A DNA stretch of 64,000 nucleotides from a virus (Duplodnaviria; Caudoviricetes): positions 1 through 64,000 of IMG/VR virus record IMGVR_UViG_3300029288_000143; one strand, written 5' to 3'. The stretch's first letter is position 1. The number at the start of each line of letters is the position of its first letter. Shown here in pieces: positions 55,761 to 63,285 of this stretch. The position numbers and the translations under genes are program-made. The notes under the pieces were generated by a model, which had not been told where the DNA came from, ran no database searches, and was given only the letters and a program-made list of their open reading frames with translations.

Positions 55761-57479
55761 ATGCCTGAAATTATTTATCGCGGCCAGCGCTATGTACTCC
55801 ACACGGCAGCCGAAACCTATGCCCCGCCTGCCCCGCCGGCCAATTGGGAAACAAATAAGCAAGAATATATCACCAAAGTCATAGCCGATTTGGAGGCTTT
55901 GGGCGAACGCGTTTATACTTTGGGTATTGAAAGCGACGTTATCGCGGAGCAACCCGGAGATGTCGACGCAGAAGTAACGCAAACCAAAGTAAAACAAGTC
56001 CGGCACGAGCTTAAACTCCAAGAAGCCGCCGGTAATGCCGAAGCTGTGGCTGCTCTCAAGGCGCAACTCGACGCACTGGGAATTAAGAAATCTACCACGG
56101 GTTTGGCATTGGATAACTTGGCCAAGGTAATTGACAATACAATCGCGGCAGTTGAACTCGGAGAGTATCTAATCAAAAACCCCACGGTGCCTGCAAAACG
56201 TGCGGTAAAAATTCCTATTACTGAAGTCGTACCAGAGCTTACTCGTATCGTTGATCAGTGGGAAAAGTTTGCGCTATCGAGTCGGCCGGCGTCCGATGTG
56301 CCCGATCAGCAGCGCAAAAAAGAAGAAGTCCTGGGCTTCCCTAAATTCGTGAAGGTACAGCTTGACTTCATCAATAAACACATTGTAGAAGCTACTGAAT
56401 TAGTCAACCGTGCTGCAGTGACCGAAGGCCAGGATCCCGAGGAAAGCGCACGTATCCAAGCTGCGCAAGCCGCACTTCCTAGTTTTATGTACCGGCTCAA
56501 GGTTGTGAATGAATCCATCGCCAAAGGCAAATATGTAATTTCCAACCGTGTCGACCTGCTGGCTGAGATGGAAGATGCGCGGAAAGCCGCAGAAACTGCT
56601 GGCGACGCAGCACAGGCTGAAGAACTGCAGAAGCGTATCGATTGGGTGCAAGGTACTCAAACAACCGATAAGGACCTGAAAGATCGATACATTAAAGACA
56701 TTGTGAAAGAGTTGTTTACAGAGTTTAAAGCGCACTGGCTGGTGGCCAAGGCGCAAAAGGCTAAAGAAAAAGCCGAAGCTGACGCGAAGGCTAAGGCAGA
56801 TAAGCCCGAAAAAGAAAAGAAACCGAAGGAACCCAAACCCGACAATCTCATGGAGGTAGTAAAAGAACTCCTGGCTACGCTGGAGGATATCAAAAATAAA
56901 CAGCCTATGTTCTTGCAAACCGCAAAAGCGCGCGAGGGTTTCGATAAACTCGTGCAGGACACCATCGCGGTTGGAAAGGCTGTAGACGCTGGCGCCGCTT
57001 CTGTGACGCTGTCGTCTGGGGAATACCCAATCAAAGAGGCCGTGAAGCTGGTGCAAGACGGTATGCGACAGTACCGCAGCATGATGAAGCGAGAGTTTGA
57101 GCCCGGGGCCAGAGCGCAAGAGAAGCAAGTCGGTATGGGCAAGAGTCTGGAAGATCTAGATAAAAAGATTGCGGAGATTGATCAGGCCATTTCTGCGGTT
57201 CGCAGCCAGCAGAGTCGTGCGTCTGCAGGTAGCCTGGAGTTGCTAGAACAAATCAAGCGAAAACCGGATCGTGCAAGCAAACTGCCTTTGATGGCCCGGC
57301 GAGATAAAATAGAGCACGAAGTAGCAGAGCTTACTAAGCAAATCGACACCCTGCGCAAAGAGCGTAGTTCTGTGAGTCTAGCGCGTGACAATCTGCTTAA
57401 AAGCGTACGGCCAGGCCCACAGGCCACACCCGAAGTTACCAAACCAACGGGTCCCATTTACCAGACACCGGAGTTCTAA
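55761..57479 (+). CDS. tagged long coiled-coil protein (EIIYRGQRYVL)
   Basis: GGAG RBS; K/E/A-rich helices. Confidence 0.8.
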   Translation: MPEIIYRGQRYVLHTAAETYAPPAPPANWETNKQEYITKVIADLEALGERVYTLGIESDVIAEQPGDVDAEVTQTKVKQVRHELKLQEAAGNAEAVAALKAQLDALGIKKSTTGLALDNLAKVIDNTIAAVELGEYLIKNPTVPAKRAVKIPITEVVPELTRIVDQWEKFALSSRPASDVPDQQRKKEEVLGFPKFVKVQLDFINKHIVEATELVNRAAVTEGQDPEESARIQAAQAALPSFMYRLKVVNESIAKGKYVISNRVDLLAEMEDARKAAETAGDAAQAEELQKRIDWVQGTQTTDKDLKDRYIKDIVKELFTEFKAHWLVAKAQKAKEKAEADAKAKADKPEKEKKPKEPKPDNLMEVVKELLATLEDIKNKQPMFLQTAKAREGFDKLVQDTIAVGKAVDAGAASVTLSSGEYPIKEAVKLVQDGMRQYRSMMKREFEPGARAQEKQVGMGKSLEDLDKKIAEIDQAISAVRSQQSRASAGSLELLEQIKRKPDRASKLPLMARRDKIEHEVAELTKQIDTLRKERSSVSLARDNLLKSVRPGPQATPEVTKPTGPIYQTPEF

Positions 57480-57482
57480 ACT

Positions 57483-58193
57483 ATGGCCAACGCAGTTAAA
57501 TTCAACGGTGCGCTTTATGTAATTGCAGGCAAACCTGCGGCCGGAACTCCACGTAACACCACTTGGACGAAAAAACAGTTCAAGCACTACACATCACCAG
57601 TTAAAATGCCGGGTGTGCGCACCGACGTCATCCAAGGAGACGAAGCTGCTGTACAAACAGAAATTAATCAGCTTAGGCGGGACATCGCAAAAGCTAAAGC
57701 TAGTTATGACAGCTTACTAGATCAGCGCAATCAGCAGTACGATAAACGAACTATTTCTCTCGAGGCGACGCGCTCGCCGGAGCGTAATCGGCTGATCCGG
57801 GAATCAGAGCAAAAGATACTCGAACTAGATGCAAAACTAGACCGAATGGAAAAAGGCATCGAGCGCCTGATTGAAACACTAAACGAAAAACTAAATGCTC
57901 AGGTTTCCGAGACACCAAGCCCAGCAGATCCAGGAGGTCTCGTGGTCGAATATGACCCCATCAAGGTGCGCAAGCAGCAAGAGCTGCAGCGTGATTTGGC
58001 ACAACTGCAGTCACACAAAGAAAAGCTATTAGCTGTGCAGCAAAAGTTCCTGCGGGATAAGTCTCAGCCGATGAGCGAAACTGCGGATAAACTCATCAAA
58101 AAAGATCTGCTCGACACCGACGACATGATCGCACAAAAGCAGCACATGCTCAGGGCTCTGTCGGCGCCTGCAGACCCAATGCTCAAGGATTAA
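57483..58193 (+). CDS. tagged coiled-coil protein (AVKFNGALYVIA)
   Basis: tag; heptad-rich. Confidence 0.8.
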   Translation: MANAVKFNGALYVIAGKPAAGTPRNTTWTKKQFKHYTSPVKMPGVRTDVIQGDEAAVQTEINQLRRDIAKAKASYDSLLDQRNQQYDKRTISLEATRSPERNRLIRESEQKILELDAKLDRMEKGIERLIETLNEKLNAQVSETPSPADPGGLVVEYDPIKVRKQQELQRDLAQLQSHKEKLLAVQQKFLRDKSQPMSETADKLIKKDLLDTDDMIAQKQHMLRALSAPADPMLKD

Positions 58194-58195
58194 TC

Positions 58196-58933
58196 ATGAC
58201 GCCTAAATATATTCGTGTAGCTGGTAAACTATATCGTGCCTGCCCCTGTACTGAAGTTCCTGCTGCGGAGCATGCAGATGTAGTGCGCGAAGAACTCGAG
58301 ATGCAGGGCTTTTCCGCGGTGCCATGCCAGGAACCCAAGAAAGTGTGTGTAGAGACTCCGCCAGCCCAGCCACAGATTTCGGCTCCACAACGCATTGAAA
58401 CTACACAACGCTCAGCGCCGCAGTTCATTCGAGTACAAGGGCAAGTTTATAAAAAGGCGGCGGCAAATCTTCCTGCTGTTGCTGCTGGAACGCTCAAAGC
58501 GCTGAATCGCGTCAGAATGCAAATTACTGCAATTCTGGGCGAAGCCGATCGCGGGGACGAAGACCGCGCGTCGGACACCGTCTGTATTTCCAATGTTCCA
58601 GGTGAGTTTCAGGTGCTGTCGGCCGATGCGCTGGGTGAGCGCGCACGTGAGGCGCTGGAACTACTGTACAATTCTATCGCGCTGTGGGAGCGCAGCGCTA
58701 CCGTCGCGTTGGCGGAGAATGAGATCATGCAGCACGCGTACGTGCTGCTCAATGACGTGCACGGCGCAGTGTCTGAGGCCGTTGAATCCGGCATTAATGC
58801 GCAGCCTGGATTTTTCTGTGTAGAGCGCGAAAAGTTCTTCGGTCTGGTATCGGATATCTCTGCGTGCATGCAAGCCTTCACGAAGCTAGAGCGGATGTTG
58901 ACCCAGAAATACAGCGTAGCCTCCGTCTCTTAG
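58196..58933 (+). CDS. protein with two tags (YIRVAGKLYRA; FIRVQGQVYKKA)
   Basis: tags at residues ~4-15 and ~77-88. Confidence 0.8.
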   Translation: MTPKYIRVAGKLYRACPCTEVPAAEHADVVREELEMQGFSAVPCQEPKKVCVETPPAQPQISAPQRIETTQRSAPQFIRVQGQVYKKAAANLPAVAAGTLKALNRVRMQITAILGEADRGDEDRASDTVCISNVPGEFQVLSADALGERAREALELLYNSIALWERSATVALAENEIMQHAYVLLNDVHGAVSEAVESGINAQPGFFCVEREKFFGLVSDISACMQAFTKLERMLTQKYSVASVS

Positions 58934-58934
58934 C

Positions 58935-58962
58935 TTGCATTCCTGCCAGTTTCTGCTATAGT
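58935..58962 (+). promoter_or_regulatory. sigma70-type promoter, leaderless
   Basis: TTGCAT-16-TATAGT, TGn, ATG 7 nt downstream. Confidence 0.6.
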
Positions 58963-58968
58963 GTTGAC

Positions 58969-59553
58969 ATGTCACAGCGCCTCCAATTCCGTGGGCACAA
59001 CTACCGCCTGTACACTCCGAAAAGCCAACGCCGTGAATTTCGCATGGCGGTTGCGGGTCTATGGCGCGACGTCACGACAGTAATTCGGTATCTCGCAGAA
59101 AAAGGAATTGATCCAGTAGTTGTCGGCGGCCTCGCCGTGCAACACCACGGCGTAGAGCGTCTGACCGAAGATATCGATATCTTGATCTCCAGAGCTGCAT
59201 ACACGAAGCTCGTTGAGGAAGGCAAGATTAAGTTCGGGCAGCTGAAAATCATCCCCGGCACGGAAATCGATGTGCTGACCGAGGGAAAGGACAACAACCC
59301 CGATCCTGAATTCATTCGAGCCGGAGATTCTAATTTCCCGACGTTTGCCGGTTTGATCTACCTGAAGCTGAAAGCGAACCGACTTAAAGACCGAGGCGAT
59401 GTCGCGGAGCTACTTAAAGCCCACGAGTTCAATATCGAGGAACAGCAGGAAATCCTAACGTTCCTGCCAGAAGAGCTAAAAATTAGATTTTTAGCCATTT
59501 GGGACGAAGCCGGGCAAGAGCACGACAAACGCAAGCAAATGGTGGAAGAATAA
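58969..59553 (+). CDS. nucleotidyltransferase (Pol-beta superfamily, AbiEii/DUF6036-like) with N-terminal tag
   Basis: VVGGLAV..HG..R.TEDIDI; LKLKANRLKDRGDV; tag RLQFRGHNYRL. Confidence 0.8.
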   Translation: MSQRLQFRGHNYRLYTPKSQRREFRMAVAGLWRDVTTVIRYLAEKGIDPVVVGGLAVQHHGVERLTEDIDILISRAAYTKLVEEGKIKFGQLKIIPGTEIDVLTEGKDNNPDPEFIRAGDSNFPTFAGLIYLKLKANRLKDRGDVAELLKAHEFNIEEQQEILTFLPEELKIRFLAIWDEAGQEHDKRKQMVEE

Positions 59554-60212
59554 TGCAACGTGTGTTTTCAACGCTGAACGATCTCATCGCGCAAGGCGTT
59601 ATTACCGATTATGCTCTTGGTGGCTCCGTTGCGTTCATGTTTTACTGCCAGCCGTTCCTGACCAACGACACCGATTTCTTTGTACAAATGCCGGGAAGCG
59701 GACTGCTAGTCTCGCTCTCGCCAATCTACGCTTACGCGGCAGAACATAATTTTCCTCTGGACCATGAGCACATCGTTGTCGATGACGAGCCGGTGCAAAT
59801 CATTCCAGCGCCCTCACCACTCTACGACGAAGCAATCGCTACAGCGCAGCAGCGGACAATCGAAGGACAGAATGTAAAGGTCATGCTGCCGGAATATCTC
59901 GTCTGCACGGCACTGAATGCCGGCCGAATGAAAGATTTCGCAAAAATCGAAAAACTGCTCGAGGAAGCAGAAGTCGATCTGAGTAAACTAAAGGAACTCA
60001 TTACCCGGTTTCAGCTATCTGCGCAGTGGAAGCGCTACCTTGTCGCCATTGGAGTTACTGATCCAGCTTTTCTGCATTTGGCGGAAACAAAAGCAACCTG
60101 GCGCCGTGCACAAGCCGATAAACGGATGGAAGACAAACTACAAGAAATAAAAAAGCTGCGCACCAGAGTCAGCGCAATCCGCTATAGAAACGCACTGTAC
60201 AGACCTGTTTAA
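59553..60212 (+). CDS. second nucleotidyltransferase with C-terminal tag
   Basis: ALGGSVA..FY.QPFLTNDTDFFV; AGRMKD; ends RVSAIRYRNALYRPV; TAATG coupling. Confidence 0.8.
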   Translation: MQRVFSTLNDLIAQGVITDYALGGSVAFMFYCQPFLTNDTDFFVQMPGSGLLVSLSPIYAYAAEHNFPLDHEHIVVDDEPVQIIPAPSPLYDEAIATAQQRTIEGQNVKVMLPEYLVCTALNAGRMKDFAKIEKLLEEAEVDLSKLKELITRFQLSAQWKRYLVAIGVTDPAFLHLAETKATWRRAQADKRMEDKLQEIKKLRTRVSAIRYRNALYRPV

Positions 60213-60295
60213 TTTTTGTCTTGTGAAATTCTACCTTCACGTCCGCTAAACTTGATATTACTGCCCACAAATAAACGAGGCGTAGGCGAAAATTT

Positions 60296-61039
60296 GTGCG
60301 TTTATTGTGCGGAGGCACGAAGCAGCCGCAGTACTGCTGTAAAACGGCAGCACGCCGCCAGTGCGCGGTGCGGAGAACACCGGTGCTTACCAGCGATAAA
60401 ACTGTAGATGGACGTTTGATTACTAGTTTGTCCCCTTGTAGTGAACGCAGAGTTTCTGTCAAATGCGACACGTGTGGCGTGATCAACACCACTAGTTATG
60501 CCAACTACAACCGGGCGCAAAAGACGACGCACAATGGATCCGGGCGAACAACGTGTAGAAAATGTGCAGTAACAAAATCGGCGCTAGCACGCAAAGGCAA
60601 ACCACGCGCACCTAAACCAAAACTGCCGCCAGAACAATTAGGGGCAAACCACAAAAGTTGGCGTGGCGGCAGGTACATCGACGCAAACAATTATGTAATG
60701 GTACACCAGCCAGACAGAAGTAAAGCCAGAACAACCGGCTGGGCGCACTATCGTAAAGAACATATCGTCGTTATGGAACAGCACATAGGCCGACGCCTGT
60801 TGCCCAATGAAACTGTACACCATATAGACGGAAACAAACAAAATAATGTGCTGTCCAATCTGTATTTAGTACACTCGCACGCAGAACACCGCAACGCGCA
60901 CACGTCCCTGCAGCAAATAGGTTATGCGCTCATTAGAACCGGTATGCTTACGTTTGACCTACAAAATGGGCAGTACATCGTGGGCGAAGCGCTTCAGCAC
61001 CTGTTAGACCTTGCTAAAACAACTGAAGGGAACACCTGA
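60296..61039 (+). CDS. HNH homing endonuclease (HNH_3-like), start uncertain
   Basis: NHKSWRGGRYID..YVMV..EHIVVME.HIGRRL.PNETVHHIDGNKQNN.LSNL; CxxC modules. Confidence 0.8.
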   Translation: MRLLCGGTKQPQYCCKTAARRQCAVRRTPVLTSDKTVDGRLITSLSPCSERRVSVKCDTCGVINTTSYANYNRAQKTTHNGSGRTTCRKCAVTKSALARKGKPRAPKPKLPPEQLGANHKSWRGGRYIDANNYVMVHQPDRSKARTTGWAHYRKEHIVVMEQHIGRRLLPNETVHHIDGNKQNNVLSNLYLVHSHAEHRNAHTSLQQIGYALIRTGMLTFDLQNGQYIVGEALQHLLDLAKTTEGNT

Positions 61040-61642
61040 AGCGCAGACAGTATCGAAAATAAATTCGTCGAACACTGGGGAGACTATTGGTCTTAATTGT
61101 TCGACCAGACGCACCAGTGCTTGTCTTATCTCCCAATGTGCTGCTCTTGCGGTTCGCTGCGCTATGATGTGGCGCCACGCGCGGAAGTTTGCCGTAACTA
61201 CGATTTGGTTTTCCATACCAATAGGTAGAAATTGACGTGCGTCTTCCTTCGTTACACCCAAGGCACGAAGCTCTCTGTACGCGCCTAAAGCTTGTGTCAT
61301 TAGCTCTCTGGCACGCGGACTATTTTCAAGGCGAGGTGGGAGTGCGAACTGCGCTGCTTGCTCGTCAACATACCGCGTCGATTCTTGCGAATAAGCCACG
61401 CCTACGCGGTGTCTTACAAGCTCGTGTGTCATACCCCGGCTCACACCGCCGAACAACACGGTAATGCTTCCGTGCTCTAGCACAGACTCATGGCCACGCT
61501 TGATAAGCATAGCGATGAATTTCCGCGCCGTGTAGATTGTAACGGGTTCCTTGTACGATTGGTAGCAAACTCTTCCGGCGCGCTCTACGATTTGCATTTG
61601 GCTTTCAATTTCGGGCGTTGACGTGAGAATTTCTACGCGCAT
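61004..61642 (-). CDS. thyX: flavin-dependent thymidylate synthase
   Basis: AGRVCY, GHESVLEH, VSRGMTHELVRHR, YSQESTRY, ARQFLP, NFRAWRH, AHWEIR. Confidence 0.95.
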   Translation of the reverse strand: MRVEILTSTPEIESQMQIVERAGRVCYQSYKEPVTIYTARKFIAMLIKRGHESVLEHGSITVLFGGVSRGMTHELVRHRVGVAYSQESTRYVDEQAAQFALPPRLENSPRARELMTQALGAYRELRALGVTKEDARQFLPIGMENQIVVTANFRAWRHIIAQRTARAAHWEIRQALVRLVEQLRPIVSPVFDEFIFDTVCASGVPFSCFSKV

Positions 61643-61787
61643 AGTTTTCCTTTTGTTTAGCGGCGTCCCTTCATTTTAGACACATAGCGTTACAGACATA
61701 GCGCCTTTGAAACAAGCAACAGCCTTAATAGATTACGAGTAGATCATGATTTTAATGTTTCCTTCTTGCGGTCTTGCGGTATCCCCT

Positions 61788-61816
61788 TTTGTATCATAAA
61801 CTATAGTAGGTGTCAA
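61788..61816 (-). promoter_or_regulatory. sigma70-type promoter for thyX
   Basis: reverse strand TTGACA-17-TACAAA. Confidence 0.55.
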
Positions 61817-61940
61817 GAACAAAAACAGTACGAGGAACGCGCGGTGTTCAGCACGGCACAAATAAAAATTGTGTCTGTGGAGTCTATAAACACCAGAACC
61901 GTCAAAACGCGCAAAACCGTTAAACTTCTTAGGAGGTACC

Positions 61941-62609
61941 ATGTACTCAGCACAAGCTTCTCGCTTCATAGGTTTTGATACATCGACGTACTGCTCACCC
62001 CAGTATGCCAGAATTCTCTGGGATGCCGGGTACAGGCTGGCGATTCGGTATATTCGGCGGGATAAACACGTCAACGCCGTGCCAGACCTCAATGGCCTGG
62101 TTTCGCTGTCGCTTCAGGAGCGTGACGAACTCCTGAGCATTGGGTTCAAGATTACATGCGTGCAGTTCGCCAAACTCTCGCTCGTGCCATCAACCGCCGA
62201 AGGCACTGCGGCAGCCGAAGCTGGAGTTTACAACGCCAAAGCTTTGGGATTCAAGGCCGGCGACACTATTTGGTACGATTTTGAGTGGTCTACCTCGCAA
62301 AATGCTTCTGCAGTAATGAGTTACATCGACGCCATTGGTAAATACACCGTGGCGAATGGCTTCAAAATGGGGTCCTACGTCGGTCCCAATTGTAGTCTTT
62401 CTGGTGATCAGTGGTATGCGCGGCCCTACTGCACGGCGTACTGGAAATCCGGCGCGATTGTGCCTTGGGTTACGCAACGTGCGTTCCAGCTGATCCAGGG
62501 AGTTCCCATCACTGTCGGCAAGACGAGCACACGGGCCGGCATCAACATTGATCAGGATATCGTGTGTTATGACAACAAAAATGAAATTTTCTCTTGTCTC
62601 GCGGCCTAA
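61941..62609 (+). CDS. DUF1906/Rv2525c-like glycoside hydrolase (peptidoglycan hydrolase)
   Basis: GFDT, GYRLAIRY, LS.QERDELL..G, A.ALG...G.TIWYDFE, G.Y; RBS AGGAGG. Confidence 0.75.
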   Translation: MYSAQASRFIGFDTSTYCSPQYARILWDAGYRLAIRYIRRDKHVNAVPDLNGLVSLSLQERDELLSIGFKITCVQFAKLSLVPSTAEGTAAAEAGVYNAKALGFKAGDTIWYDFEWSTSQNASAVMSYIDAIGKYTVANGFKMGSYVGPNCSLSGDQWYARPYCTAYWKSGAIVPWVTQRAFQLIQGVPITVGKTSTRAGINIDQDIVCYDNKNEIFSCLAA

Positions 62610-62612
62610 CGA

Positions 62613-63203
62613 CTATAGATCCATCACGACGGGCTTCCCGACGACGTTGCCGAACCGATCCATCTGCGTGACGTTCAGCGCTTTGGTCCTGGCATAGTGC
62701 TGCTTCCCATTGCCGTGACTGAAAACATGGAGTCGCGGAGCGCGCTGCCGCACGATTTCCGCCAGGCCGCCGAATTCCGGCGGGCAGTGAGTAATCAAAA
62801 TATCGAGGCCCTCGGGAATGTGGCACCAGCGATGGATCATGTAGTCGTCATGATCGCAAAATGCACCCGCCAGGCTAAACTCTCGACTGAATGACCACGG
62901 AGACCACGGCGTACCGAAAATTTTGAAGCCTTCAACTTCCACGGTTTCGTCGACCAAAACCTTAGCGTTGTAAAGGCGCGAAATTGCCTCGGTCTCGTTG
63001 GCATCGCACCATTCGTCTCGGTCACCGAATACGACGAATTTGTACTTGTGCGGTAGGCGCCCGAGCAACGCGTTGAAACGGTCGACGTCGTAGCGTGTAC
63101 CGAACGTGGAGCTGAAGTCCCCGGTGCAAATCAGTACATCACCATCGGGAACCGACAGCAGGTAGTCTTCGTGGTGGGTGCATCCAATAAAAACGAAGCG
63201 CAT
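62613..63203 (-). CDS. MPPED/239FB-like metallophosphoesterase with degenerate metal ligands
   Basis: VPDGDVL..TGDF, LPHKYK, KIFGTPW, IPEGLDILITHCPP; but GCTH, GDRD, SHGN replace SDTH, GNHE, GHIH; RBS AGGAGG. Confidence 0.8.
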   Translation of the reverse strand: MRFVFIGCTHHEDYLLSVPDGDVLICTGDFSSTFGTRYDVDRFNALLGRLPHKYKFVVFGDRDEWCDANETEAISRLYNAKVLVDETVEVEGFKIFGTPWSPWSFSREFSLAGAFCDHDDYMIHRWCHIPEGLDILITHCPPEFGGLAEIVRQRAPRLHVFSHGNGKQHYARTKALNVTQMDRFGNVVGKPVVMDL

Positions 63204-63220
63204 GGGGACCTCCTGACTAC

Positions 63221-63248
63221 AGTGTAGCAGAAGTGGACAACGCGTCAA
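63221..63248 (-). promoter_or_regulatory. sigma70-type promoter
   Basis: reverse strand TTGACG-16-TACACT, TGn. Confidence 0.65.
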
Positions 63249-63258
63249 GATGCAACTT

Positions 63259-63276
63259 CACCTTAGTTTATAGACA
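63259..63276 (+). promoter_or_regulatory. candidate phage late promoter
   Basis: CACCTTA-gttta-TAGACA. Confidence 0.5.
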
Positions 63277-63285
63277 GGAGACAGC

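Noticed and set aside
6334-57128. Long reverse-strand ORFs (e.g. 6334..7179, 28078..28848, 56400..57128)
   Set aside because: They lie entirely opposite well-supported + strand genes and lack RBS or motifs, as expected for shadows of biased codon usage
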